Shown here: piece after piece, positions 1-9,584 of the stretch | How positions within the stretch are numbered: position 1 is the stretch's first letter | How the letters are laid out: each line of letters begins with the position of its first letter | Source of the DNA: Candidatus Woesearchaeota archaeon | Lineage (GTDB): Archaea; Nanobdellota; Nanobdellia; Pacearchaeales; GW2011-AR1 | Reading direction: 5' to 3' | Length of the DNA stretch: 64,000 nt | Assembly: GCA_964498295.1 (NCBI GenBank) | Contig: CAZCGJ010000001.1 | Span: 1,669 to 65,668 of the forward strand | Program-made: the position numbers and the translations under genes | Notes under the pieces: generated by a model | Told to the model about the DNA's origin: nothing | Databases searched by the model: none | Seen by the model: the letters and a program-made list of their open reading frames with translations, nothing else

Positions 1-1571
1 GGGATGGAACAGTTTCACACATCGAATCAGAAGTAGATTATTCAATCGAACAAAGAGGAAATAAGTCAGTACTGCTAGTTCATAATATTAGAAGCAATTT
101 TTCAAATTCTGCGACCGCAGATGCATTGAAAAAAGCTAAAGAAATAATCAATTTCGATAATATGGTTCTAAATAAATTATACGGAGATAAATTAGAAAGA
201 GAAATATTACCAGATTTAGTAATCGCAGGATCTCACGGATCAGGAGCATTTAGAGCCCAACCATGGTTCCATAGTTCTGACGATATAATAAGAGGAAATC
301 TCTCTGGAAAACAATATACTGCAGAAGAAAAGAAAATGTGCTGGCTAGTACAACTTCCAAAGTTCCAAGATTTACAACAACTTATGTGGTTAAGAGACAA
401 GGGCTTCAAAAATGCACATGTTAAAGCAATGGAAGCAGGCCCATTCGCTACAGCAGCAATTTTACATTCAGAAGACTCAGAGGGAGTTTCAGACTATACG
501 GTTCTCGACACATCCTACTTAGAACAACTATCTGAAATTGATGCTCAAATAAAAACATACCAAACAGAAACAAAAACGCTTGAAGGACAAGCAAAGGAAC
601 AAGCCAAACAAGAAATAGGAAAATTAAAATCTAAATTAGAAAGAATGGTTAATGGCAAAAGAGTTTCAATAGAAGCAATGGGCGATGCCCACATAGGTAC
701 AATTAATGTAACCGATGCGTCATCTAATTACCAAATGCTTAGAGCACTAAATTCTTATTTTGATAGACATGGATTACCTGATATTGTTTCACTTGATGAA
801 ATACTGCATGGTTGTGAAGATGGCATGTTTAAAGGAGCTGCAAGATATGAAGGCATGAATCCTGAAGAGTTCAGACAAAGAGTTGTTGAAAAAGTTCTAA
901 GAAATGTAAAAGAAGGAACATTGACAGAAACAGAAGCGATTAAAACACTTGCAAGTGAAAGCATAAGAAATTTGCAGAAAATCCCAGTACATAACGAAGC
1001 AGTTCAATTGTCTTTATATAATAGAATCTTAAAAGAACCATTCTTAGATAAAGTTTTGAAAGCAGGAGGAAAAGTAATTTTCACAAGCGGAAATCACTAC
1101 GGCCATGCAAACAGAAATGATGATGAAGCTCTAAAGTTGGCAGGACAATATCCTGAAGCCTATAGAGAAAGCGGAAGAATAATTGCAAACAGCGGCTTAG
1201 GAAATCCAGTAGGAGTAGGCACAATCATTCTTCCAGGCGAACAAAAATTATTTGTAATGCATAAATTCAAAGAACAAAATGATGAAGTTTATGGGATGAT
1301 GGCCCAACTAAGAAGATCTAATAATAATTCAGACATAGTAATTGGAGGAGATAGACACCACCCAGGATTAGGATATGCAGACGGACACTTAGTAGTATTA
1401 CATCCAGGATTAGAGCCAATAAATGGATACGTTCCGACAATCGGAAAACCCTCCGGAGTAAGAGGTGCAAATGTTATAGAATACATCCCAGGAGTAAGGG
1501 GTATCGCAAGCGTAAAAAGTATTTATGATCCTACACTTGAAAAAATAATAAGAACAGAAAATATAATTTAA
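1..1571 (+). CDS. 5'-truncated large protein with calcineurin-like metallophosphoesterase motifs
   Basis: Frame is open from base 3, so the true start lies upstream of the window. Motifs GDAHIG, DEILHG, SGNH, MHK, GGDRHH, plus an earlier DLVIAGSHG suggesting a preceding second domain. Confidence 0.6.
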   Translation, partial: DGTVSHIESEVDYSIEQRGNKSVLLVHNIRSNFSNSATADALKKAKEIINFDNMVLNKLYGDKLEREILPDLVIAGSHGSGAFRAQPWFHSSDDIIRGNLSGKQYTAEEKKMCWLVQLPKFQDLQQLMWLRDKGFKNAHVKAMEAGPFATAAILHSEDSEGVSDYTVLDTSYLEQLSEIDAQIKTYQTETKTLEGQAKEQAKQEIGKLKSKLERMVNGKRVSIEAMGDAHIGTINVTDASSNYQMLRALNSYFDRHGLPDIVSLDEILHGCEDGMFKGAARYEGMNPEEFRQRVVEKVLRNVKEGTLTETEAIKTLASESIRNLQKIPVHNEAVQLSLYNRILKEPFLDKVLKAGGKVIFTSGNHYGHANRNDDEALKLAGQYPEAYRESGRIIANSGLGNPVGVGTIILPGEQKLFVMHKFKEQNDEVYGMMAQLRRSNNNSDIVIGGDRHHPGLGYADGHLVVLHPGLEPINGYVPTIGKPSGVRGANVIEYIPGVRGIASVKSIYDPTLEKIIRTENII

Positions 1572-1573
1572 TT

Positions 1574-2572
1574 TTATTTAGTAGTCACATAAACTTTATC
1601 TGCAAAAACAACTGTATGTTCTGCCTGTGAAACTGGCTTTCTTTCTTTCTCAACTAAAGTAGGAAAATTATAAACAATTCCTTCTTTAACTAACAAAGAT
1701 AAACAATAATTTGGCTTAGCTAAATTTGCTCTTTCTATCCATCTCTTACAGAAAGGTTTTGTCTTATAAGTTCTTTTAATATAGTTTAACATATCCCTAG
1801 CATCTCTATCTCTTGGAAGTTTTTCTTGTTGCATAACATAAATCTCGGATAATTTCCCCTCAAAAATTTCTCCTTTACCTTCTGTTAAAAAGGGTTCAAT
1901 AGCAATAGCAGTATCTTCTAATTCAAATTCGTTTTCATTTTTCAAATTGCTAACAGTAATTCCTGCATGAATATTATCTTTATCTAACCCGTGTCCAGTT
2001 AAATTTCTAATAACTTTATATTTTCCATGCTTCTCTACAATACTTGAAATAGTATTTCCAATAACTTTTAACGGAGAACCAACTTTTAATTCTTTCAAAG
2101 CAGCTTCAAGTGCTTCATTATTAACTTTAATCATATCAGAATATCTTTTATCATCTGTCAAATCAAAAGAAACAGCAGTATCTGCAATAAATCCTCCAAC
2201 CTCGACTCCAATATCTACTTTCATTAAACCACTTGCTTTTGTTTCATCTCTTGCAGTAGGAGTATAATGTGCTGCAATCTCATCAATAGAAATATTTGTA
2301 GGAAAAGCCATATCTCCGCCAAGTTCTTTTATTCTAACTTCAATCTTGTCTGCAATCTCAACAACTAAAACATCTTTCTTCACGATTTCTTTCATATACT
2401 CTTTAATTTTCTTAGAAATTTCTCCAGCTTTAATATAATTCTTTAATGCTTCCGGAGTAATTCCTTCTGATTCATCATCTTCGCTATAAACCTTACTTGA
2501 TTTTAAATAACTAGCATCCGCTGGTTTATTTGTTCTGAAATTATCTGCTTTTCCGAAATCTTCTGTTGGCAT
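1574..2572 (-). CDS. map: methionine aminopeptidase type II
   Basis: AFPTNIS, AAHYTP, KVDIGV, IADTA, NLTGHG, AIEPF, QAEHTV motifs. Confidence 0.95.
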   Translation of the reverse strand: MPTEDFGKADNFRTNKPADASYLKSSKVYSEDDESEGITPEALKNYIKAGEISKKIKEYMKEIVKKDVLVVEIADKIEVRIKELGGDMAFPTNISIDEIAAHYTPTARDETKASGLMKVDIGVEVGGFIADTAVSFDLTDDKRYSDMIKVNNEALEAALKELKVGSPLKVIGNTISSIVEKHGKYKVIRNLTGHGLDKDNIHAGITVSNLKNENEFELEDTAIAIEPFLTEGKGEIFEGKLSEIYVMQQEKLPRDRDARDMLNYIKRTYKTKPFCKRWIERANLAKPNYCLSLLVKEGIVYNFPTLVEKERKPVSQAEHTVVFADKVYVTTK

Positions 2573-2694
2573 AATTTGTATAGAAAATGAGAGTTTTTAA
2601 GATTATGGAAGATGAATTAACTAATTCCCAATTATTTGCTCTTCCGATAAAACCTAACCAACAATATTAAATGTTTTGTCGCGGGAAAGGCAAA

Positions 2695-3186
2695 TTAATT
2701 ACGTATACGCCTTTCCTTTGGTAGAAAACTCAATAAAATTCCCTGTTCAGTTAACTTTCCAGTTCCGATAAGATCGTCCTTAAACTTAACAGCAACATAA
2801 CTAACAATTCCTTTATATTTCGCTTTTTGCTCAGCACTTAATTCTAAATTATTTCCTCTAAACCATTTCTCAGCTTGTTCTTGATCAAGTTCAACAATAT
2901 TTTTTGTAATCTGATCTTTCATTAAATGCAAAGCATCTAAACTCAAACGCGCTTCTTTTCTTCCATGCTTATCAATTATCATTTTACCAAAATATAACCC
3001 CCAACCTTCAACTGGGAAATTTCTCCAAATCTTCATTAATTCATCTACATGTAAATGCCCAGAATAAACTCTGACAGTCTCACTACCTGTTTGAGCAAAA
3101 AGTTTATTTGTCTTAAAATCACCCAAGTATGAAACTTCTTTCAAAAAATCCTTCTTCTTATGCGAATCTAATATTTCAACTTTCAT
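2695..3186 (-). CDS. NIP7/RsmF C-terminal-like PUA-domain RNA-binding protein
   Basis: GLYFG, RLSLDA, KNIVEL..EQAEKWFRG, IGTGK, FLPKERR pattern; same operon as the m5C MTase. Confidence 0.75.
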   Translation of the reverse strand: MKVEILDSHKKKDFLKEVSYLGDFKTNKLFAQTGSETVRVYSGHLHVDELMKIWRNFPVEGWGLYFGKMIIDKHGRKEARLSLDALHLMKDQITKNIVELDQEQAEKWFRGNNLELSAEQKAKYKGIVSYVAVKFKDDLIGTGKLTEQGILLSFLPKERRIRN

Positions 3187-3674
3187 TTTGAATGTCTTTT
3201 AATAAAAGCCTCCTTTAACTCTCTGTAAATCTTTCCTTCGCCTTTAGAAATAATAACTGCTTTCTTTTTAATGTCTGCATATTCCCTAGCAAGAGCAGAG
3301 TTATTCTTTAATTTATCTCTAAATTTAATAGACTGCTTCCATGTTTTACTTCCAATCAAAGTTAAATGAACATGAAAATGATTTCTAAATAAAAAACCTC
3401 TATAAATTCTAAGAGAAATTCTATCCTTAAGTTCACTCATAACTTCATATCTGTTCTTAATTAAAACTAATTTTGCAAAATCCATATCTTTTTTCCTTTT
3501 GAAACTAATAAGGATATCAATAATTCCCTTCCCGCCCATTCCGAAAACAGAAGTGCTTCCAACATGTTCAAGACCAAAAATGTTTGGCAAAACCCTAATC
3601 AAAAACAACTTCTCAGCCTCGAAGATTTTAGGATATTTGTTACTATACTTTCTAAATGAATATTTTTTTAACAT
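3183..3674 (-). CDS. GrpB/UPF0157 family nucleotidyltransferase-fold protein
   Basis: EHVGSTSV.G..GKGIIDI, HVHL, FRDKL, Y..IK motifs; start reassigned to ATG 3674 next to the upstream stop. Confidence 0.85.
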   Translation of the reverse strand: MLKKYSFRKYSNKYPKIFEAEKLFLIRVLPNIFGLEHVGSTSVFGMGGKGIIDILISFKRKKDMDFAKLVLIKNRYEVMSELKDRISLRIYRGFLFRNHFHVHLTLIGSKTWKQSIKFRDKLKNNSALAREYADIKKKAVIISKGEGKIYRELKEAFIKRHSK

Positions 3675-3675
3675 T

Positions 3676-4227
3676 TTACTTAATCTCGTAGATTTTGTAA
3701 ACCTCCCAAACATTTTTATTTTTCTTAAGTAGAGCAACATTATCAAAGTTGGTTTCAAATTTTTTATCTGGAAGAGAATTAAGATATTCAACCATACCCT
3801 TAAAACTTTCAAGAGTATTTCCGTATCCAATAGTTAAATGTGGAGTAAAAGCCAAATCATGCCTATCTAAAGGAAAACCCCTTATTTTTCTTAATTCTTC
3901 AACTAAATCTTTTTGTATTTTAATAGCCTCTTCAGAAAATTCGGAATTCAGGAAAATAACTTTTTCCCTAAAGTTACTAAAACCTCCAACCGAAATTGAT
4001 TGACTCTTTTGAGTCTTTACAAAAGCTTCTAGCAAATCTTCGATAATTGCAATATCATCAGCCCAAAAAGGAGCTTTCAAAGTAAAATGTGAAGGTCGAG
4101 GATTTTCAATCAAATAATTTTCATTAAATTTAGGCCCAACTGTCTTAACCAATTCTTCGTGATATCTTCCAGACTCGCCCCTAAGCAAATGTACAATCAC
4201 AAAATCACCATTAATCATCTCACTCAT
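3676..4227 (-). CDS. 2H phosphoesterase (2'-5' RNA ligase family)
   Basis: Two HxT motifs (SHFTLK, PHLTIG); start uncertain (4218-4233). Confidence 0.85.
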   Translation of the reverse strand: MSEMINGDFVIVHLLRGESGRYHEELVKTVGPKFNENYLIENPRPSHFTLKAPFWADDIAIIEDLLEAFVKTQKSQSISVGGFSNFREKVIFLNSEFSEEAIKIQKDLVEELRKIRGFPLDRHDLAFTPHLTIGYGNTLESFKGMVEYLNSLPDKKFETNFDNVALLKKNKNVWEVYKIYEIK

Positions 4228-5359
4228 TTTCATTTTCTCCTTCTTCACTATAATCATCTTCTTCGTCTAATAAACCTTCCTCAATCTGCCTAGTTACCTT
4301 GTCAACATTAGGATCCTTAGATTCCTCAACGTCTGTAAGTTTACAATCTTCGCTTAGCTTTTTAATTTTCGCCAAAAAGAAACCATCCGAATTATTGTCT
4401 TGAGGATATAATCTCCTACAATTTTTTATTTCTGGATTGTAAGTCTCCCCTTCCCATTCTAAAATTCCATCTCTTGTTTTCAAAGGCAAATCAATTTTCA
4501 TTATTTCAATATCAAAGTTTTCTTTCAAGTAATTTACAACAGATTCATCTTCTTCAGGCCCGAGAGTACAAGTAGAATAAATCATTTCACCATCAACTTT
4601 TAGTAATTTCAATGCTTCAGAAGCTAATTTCCTTTGAACCTTAGAAAGTGCTTGAATATATTTTAAATTCCACATATCAAAAGTCTTAGGAGATTTTCTT
4701 AATGTACCTTCACCAGAACAAGGAGCATCAACTAATATTTTATCAAATTTCATTTTTACCTCTTTTGTCCATCTCTTGCAAAATTGCACACCATCTTTTC
4801 TTGTAATAATAGTGTTAGATACTCCAGACTTTTCCAAATTAGCACTTAAAATTCTTATTCTGCCCAAACTTACCTCATTAGCAATAATTGTACCCTGATT
4901 ATTCATTAAAGCTGCTGCCTGAGTAGTTTTACTACCTGGAGAAGAACATAAATCTAAAAATAATTCGTCAGCTTGTGGCTTCAAAGCAAAAATAGGTAAC
5001 ATAGAGGAGATTTCTTGTACATAATAATATCCTAATAAATGCTCAAATGTCTTTCCTAAAGCTCCCGGAACTAATTTACTCTCTCTTTCTACCAATAAAA
5101 CTTCTGGAAACTCTTTGTAAGGTTGGCTCATAATCCATCCATAAGATTCTAATCTTTTCTTCATTTCTTCAGGAGAAATTTTCAAAGTATTAACTCTAAT
5201 AAAATCGGGACTTGCAAAATAAGCAATCTCGAAAAACTTTTTAGCATCTTCTTTTCCAATCAGTTTCTCAATTCTTTGAACAAACTCTTCTTTAGGTTTG
5301 TATCTTTCCATCAACTTTTCTTTGTTGGTTTTTTTAACGTAATTCTTTCCACTATCCAT
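4220..5359 (-). CDS. RsmB/NOP2/Trm4 family RNA m5C methyltransferase
   Basis: RVNTLK, YYVQE, DLCSSPGSKTTQ, DAPCSGEG, YSTCT, DGFF. Confidence 0.95.
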   Translation of the reverse strand: MDSGKNYVKKTNKEKLMERYKPKEEFVQRIEKLIGKEDAKKFFEIAYFASPDFIRVNTLKISPEEMKKRLESYGWIMSQPYKEFPEVLLVERESKLVPGALGKTFEHLLGYYYVQEISSMLPIFALKPQADELFLDLCSSPGSKTTQAAALMNNQGTIIANEVSLGRIRILSANLEKSGVSNTIITRKDGVQFCKRWTKEVKMKFDKILVDAPCSGEGTLRKSPKTFDMWNLKYIQALSKVQRKLASEALKLLKVDGEMIYSTCTLGPEEDESVVNYLKENFDIEIMKIDLPLKTRDGILEWEGETYNPEIKNCRRLYPQDNNSDGFFLAKIKKLSEDCKLTDVEESKDPNVDKVTRQIEEGLLDEEDDYSEEGENENE

Positions 5360-5445
5360 AAATTTACAAGAAAATAAGACTATAAAAGACTATTTGAAAC
5401 GAAAATTAAGCAAGACTTATAAAGAAACTCTGCCTAGAAATATAT

Positions 5446-6381
5446 ATGATTGAATATATCAAGAGAGTAGATAAAAAAGAAAAGGTGAAAAGAATTAAAG
5501 CAATAACAGATGACTGCTGGATAAAATGTGTAAACCCTTCTGAAGAAGAATTAGGAGATCTATCGAAAAAATTTAAATTAAGAACAGATTTACTAATTGA
5601 TGGATTAGATGTTTATGAAAATCCAAGGATAGAGCAAGAAAGGGAAGCAGTATATATTTTCCTTAGAGCTCCTCTAATAGACAATCCTCAACATCCAAAA
5701 ATAGAGCAAGATTCAAGTGAATCATTCTTACTAGTTTTAACAAAAGACAATATTATAACTGTAAGTAAAACAGAATTACAAATTTTCAAACTTTTAGAAA
5801 ACTCAAAAAGCCTATTTACAGACAATCGTTCTCTGACAACATTATTGATTCTTTCGTTTATTTCCAAGATTTTTGGAAACAGTGTTAGAGAAATTATGAA
5901 AACTGTAAAAAAAGATAAAACAAATATTGCGCATTATAATGAAAAAGACTTATTTAAATTGGTAATAAAGGAAGACGCAATTAATGACTATCTTTCATCA
6001 TTCTCTCCTTTGATAGATATAAATAAACAAGTAGTAGGAATTAAGTCACTTAGATTCCCAGATGAAGAAAAAGACTTTATTGAAGATTTAGCAATTGATT
6101 TGAACCAAACATTGAGCACATGTAAAAACGCATTAAAAAGTATTTCAACAATGAGAGACTATTACACTGCAACATTAACAAACAAGTTAAATAAAACAAT
6201 CACTCTTCTTACCTTTTTCACAGTTTTTTTAACAATACCAACTATGCTTTTTAGCCTGTATGGAATGAACATCACGTTGCCCTTCCAACAGCACCCTTTA
6301 GTTTTTGAACTTATAATATCCGGAATAATTATAGGGTGGTTTATTTTATTAATAGTTCTTAAGAAAATGAAGATGTTCTAA
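5446..6381 (+). CDS. corA: CorA-family Mg2+ transporter
   Basis: YGMN motif after C-terminal TM1, two C-terminal TMs, ENPRIE. Confidence 0.9.
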   Translation: MIEYIKRVDKKEKVKRIKAITDDCWIKCVNPSEEELGDLSKKFKLRTDLLIDGLDVYENPRIEQEREAVYIFLRAPLIDNPQHPKIEQDSSESFLLVLTKDNIITVSKTELQIFKLLENSKSLFTDNRSLTTLLILSFISKIFGNSVREIMKTVKKDKTNIAHYNEKDLFKLVIKEDAINDYLSSFSPLIDINKQVVGIKSLRFPDEEKDFIEDLAIDLNQTLSTCKNALKSISTMRDYYTATLTNKLNKTITLLTFFTVFLTIPTMLFSLYGMNITLPFQQHPLVFELIISGIIIGWFILLIVLKKMKMF

Positions 6382-7091
6382 GACTTACCAAATGCCCTAG
6401 ATTCATATTCACCTAGAGCTCTGTCTAAATCATTATTTTCAGCCAAATCACGAACAAGCTGAATAGAAAAATCTAGACTATCAGAAGAAAACCCTATTAG
6501 AGATTCCTCAGCTTCACACAATAATTCATACTTCGCAGCAATATGAAGTCTCCGATACTCCGGACTTCCCCTCACTAATTTTAATTTTTTTGCCTTTTCT
6601 TCGGCATATTCGAGCGAAGCATTTCTCAATAACGCTATTTCATCTTCAGAAACATATTCCGATAAACAACATTCCATTGCACTAATGTATTCATTAAGTT
6701 CATCATTAAAACTAGGATTAGAACTTTTAACAGCACCTTCTTCCGGCCGAGTTAATCTTTCTACTTCTTCCTCAACTAAATGATCAATAGCTGTGTATTT
6801 TGGAAGCTTATGCTTTAAACCCATGACTGATGAAGGACTATTATTCATTCTTTCTTGAAAATCTTTATAAAATTTTTTAAAAACTTTAGAACGAGTCATA
6901 GTTTGTAATTGAAAATATCTTTTACAATTAAGAGGAATGCCTAAATATTCTGCTTTTCTCTCCGCGAAAGCAAAAGCCCATCCTTGGAGATATTTAACTT
7001 CTCCATTCAATAACCAGTCCCCTAACTGAGATTCCATTTTCTGAGTTTCAAATTTAATTGAACTCCAATCAAGCGAATCTAGCCCGCCCAT
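6378..7091 (-). CDS. hypothetical protein with weak internal repeat (AE.KA..L..)
   Basis: 237-aa ORF, TATA-like box upstream. Confidence 0.6.
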   Translation of the reverse strand: MGGLDSLDWSSIKFETQKMESQLGDWLLNGEVKYLQGWAFAFAERKAEYLGIPLNCKRYFQLQTMTRSKVFKKFYKDFQERMNNSPSSVMGLKHKLPKYTAIDHLVEEEVERLTRPEEGAVKSSNPSFNDELNEYISAMECCLSEYVSEDEIALLRNASLEYAEEKAKKLKLVRGSPEYRRLHIAAKYELLCEAEESLIGFSSDSLDFSIQLVRDLAENNDLDRALGEYESRAFGKS

Positions 7092-7142
7092 AAAAAATAT
7101 AATGAAAACAACTTAATATATTTATCGAATATATTTAATATA

Positions 7143-9509
7143 CTAGAACAATGTCTTCTGCTTTGTTCCTTTCAAAACATCATCAAAATCTTTCTTGAAT
7201 AAGCCTAAAATCTGATTTGCAATAGGTTTTATCTGCTTATCAATATAATGTTCATAATCCAACTTATGTTTCAACTTCTGAATAGGTTCTGGCCCATCCA
7301 CAGTAATAAAATATTCAATAATATTAGACTCTACAAAATCTAACTTTCTAGCAGCCTTTACATGAGGAGGAGTTGTTTTAGTATATTCTTCTAAATTCTT
7401 TCTTATAGACTTTCTATAAACTAATTTCTTATCCATTTTCCCAGCCAAAATATCCCTTACATATTCCCGAATAAACCCATCAATCTCTTTCTTCTTAAAA
7501 ACTTTTGTCAGCAATTCTTTTTGGAATTCCTGTGCAGCTTCAGTCCAATCCCCTCTAATTGCCTCAAGACCTGTAATTTCTAATATTTCTTTACCATTAT
7601 CTAAAACTAGGCCAGCATATCTTTTTTTAGCAGCTTTCTTACCATCCTCATCACCTTCTTTTCTTAATGCAGGAAACATCATAGAAATGTATTGCTTCTT
7701 AAATTCTAACTCAAGATAAGAATCTCTCCCATAATTTTCTGTAACATAATCTTTGTAAAAATCATTAATGTATTTTTGAAGAACAAGAGCTAATTTATCC
7801 GCCTTTTCGTAATCTGAAACACCAGACTCTACAAAAACAGAGTCTGTATCGGAATAAATAACTTTGTAACCTTTTTCTTCGATCTTCTTTGCTGTCAACT
7901 GAATAATTTGTCTAGCAAAAGCAGTAATTGCTGAAGCCATGTTAAAATCAAAATAACGACAATTTGGTGAAGCCAAAACACCCCAGAAAGAATTCATAAT
8001 AATTTTAATTGCATAACTCGAAAGTTCTCTTTTTTCTTTCTTTGCCTTTTCTCTTGCAGCATGCAACTCAGTAATGACCTGAGGAAGAATTCCTTCTGAA
8101 TTTCTAAAATAAACCTTATTAGGGGCCTCAACTACATTTTTCTCATTATCTAAATTATGTCCTAAATAAGAAGCAGGATCTACATTGAATGTTTTAATGA
8201 TGGAAGGATACAGAGACTTAAAATCCAAAATAAGAACATTATGGAAAATTCCAGAAGCAGTAGATGCAACATATCCTCCTTTAAGTTTTTCCTCTTTTTG
8301 TCCAAACTGAACAGAAGGAGAAACAATACCTTTTTTTCTTAATTCTCTTATATAAACAGAATCAAAAGCGGCAATTGAAGCAGTTAACCTATCGATAGTC
8401 ATCCCAGTTAACTGACTTCTTTCAATAGATAACTCGATCATTTTAGTTTTTTCCAAAATCTCATAAACCAATTCACAATCAATCAAGTTATATTCTGTTA
8501 ATTTTTTCAAATTTGCAAGATTATCAGAATGAAACCAAGATTCAATTTCTATGTGTCGATTATTTCCTTTTATGGTTTTTCCCTTACCTAATAATTGTTG
8601 AGAAACATTTTCCAAAGTATATGACTCAAACTTTGCACTTTTTATAGAAGGTGCTTCTTGGATAAATGGGTCTTGGATAAAATCTAATCCATCTAGAACC
8701 TGTCTACCTACGACAGTAGCACTTGAAGATTTCATAAAGTTAGATTCTATCTTTAACCTAAGATTATCATTTGTTCTTGAAATATCAAAAGGAATTTTAC
8801 GTTTCTTAAATCTAGATTGTAAAAATTCTAAATCGAAATCTATTACATTCCAACCAGTAATAATATCCGGATCAAACTTTTTTAATTCCTCTTTAAATTT
8901 AGTCAAACACTCCTCTTCATCTTTACAGGAGATAACACCTTCAATTTGTTTTTTTGAAACTAAAAAACTCTTCTTATAGTTTTCAGAATACATACCTATA
9001 CAAAATAACTCTTTCTTATCCCCGCTAGTCTCAATATCTATTGAAAGAACTTTTAGTTTTGGAGTAAAAATTACGTGAGAAAGACTAACATTTCTATAAA
9101 CTCTATCTACTCTATCTGAAGTTTCATAATCACCATCAATTTCTATTCCTGCTTTTAAATTGTTATCAATCATAAACCGATTATGAGGTCTTAAATCAGA
9201 TTCATAAGTTGCAACCTTTTCTACATGAATTTCTTTAAGCAACTTATTCAAATCCTCTTGACAAGTATGACTTATTTTGAAAACAGGCTCACCTGCAATA
9301 TTTTTAAAAGAAGTTTCTTCTACCTTAAAAGCCCTCAATAATTTTTTAACAGCATTTCTATCTGCTTCTTTAACAAAAAAATAAGGACTAAACTCATTCA
9401 AAACCACAAAACTCTGCCCATTCTCCAACCTTCCAAAAAGTTGAACAAATGTCTTTCCATCAATATTAGTATAGTCGCTGTCAACTATAAAACCTCTAAT
9501 TTTTGCCAT
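7143..9509 (-). CDS. polB: family B DNA polymerase (Pol II-like)
   Basis: Exo I DIET, GWN..DFD, DFKSLYPSI, KIIMNSFWG, YSDTDS, KKRY; C-terminal clamp motif QKTLF. Confidence 0.95.
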   Translation of the reverse strand: MAKIRGFIVDSDYTNIDGKTFVQLFGRLENGQSFVVLNEFSPYFFVKEADRNAVKKLLRAFKVEETSFKNIAGEPVFKISHTCQEDLNKLLKEIHVEKVATYESDLRPHNRFMIDNNLKAGIEIDGDYETSDRVDRVYRNVSLSHVIFTPKLKVLSIDIETSGDKKELFCIGMYSENYKKSFLVSKKQIEGVISCKDEEECLTKFKEELKKFDPDIITGWNVIDFDLEFLQSRFKKRKIPFDISRTNDNLRLKIESNFMKSSSATVVGRQVLDGLDFIQDPFIQEAPSIKSAKFESYTLENVSQQLLGKGKTIKGNNRHIEIESWFHSDNLANLKKLTEYNLIDCELVYEILEKTKMIELSIERSQLTGMTIDRLTASIAAFDSVYIRELRKKGIVSPSVQFGQKEEKLKGGYVASTASGIFHNVLILDFKSLYPSIIKTFNVDPASYLGHNLDNEKNVVEAPNKVYFRNSEGILPQVITELHAAREKAKKEKRELSSYAIKIIMNSFWGVLASPNCRYFDFNMASAITAFARQIIQLTAKKIEEKGYKVIYSDTDSVFVESGVSDYEKADKLALVLQKYINDFYKDYVTENYGRDSYLELEFKKQYISMMFPALRKEGDEDGKKAAKKRYAGLVLDNGKEILEITGLEAIRGDWTEAAQEFQKELLTKVFKKKEIDGFIREYVRDILAGKMDKKLVYRKSIRKNLEEYTKTTPPHVKAARKLDFVESNIIEYFITVDGPEPIQKLKHKLDYEHYIDKQIKPIANQILGLFKKDFDDVLKGTKQKTLF

Positions 9510-9584
9510 AAGCTACAAAACCCTGTAAGATTTATATACTCTTCTAATCCCAAAGTTTATTAATTTCATTCGACTAAATAATAA

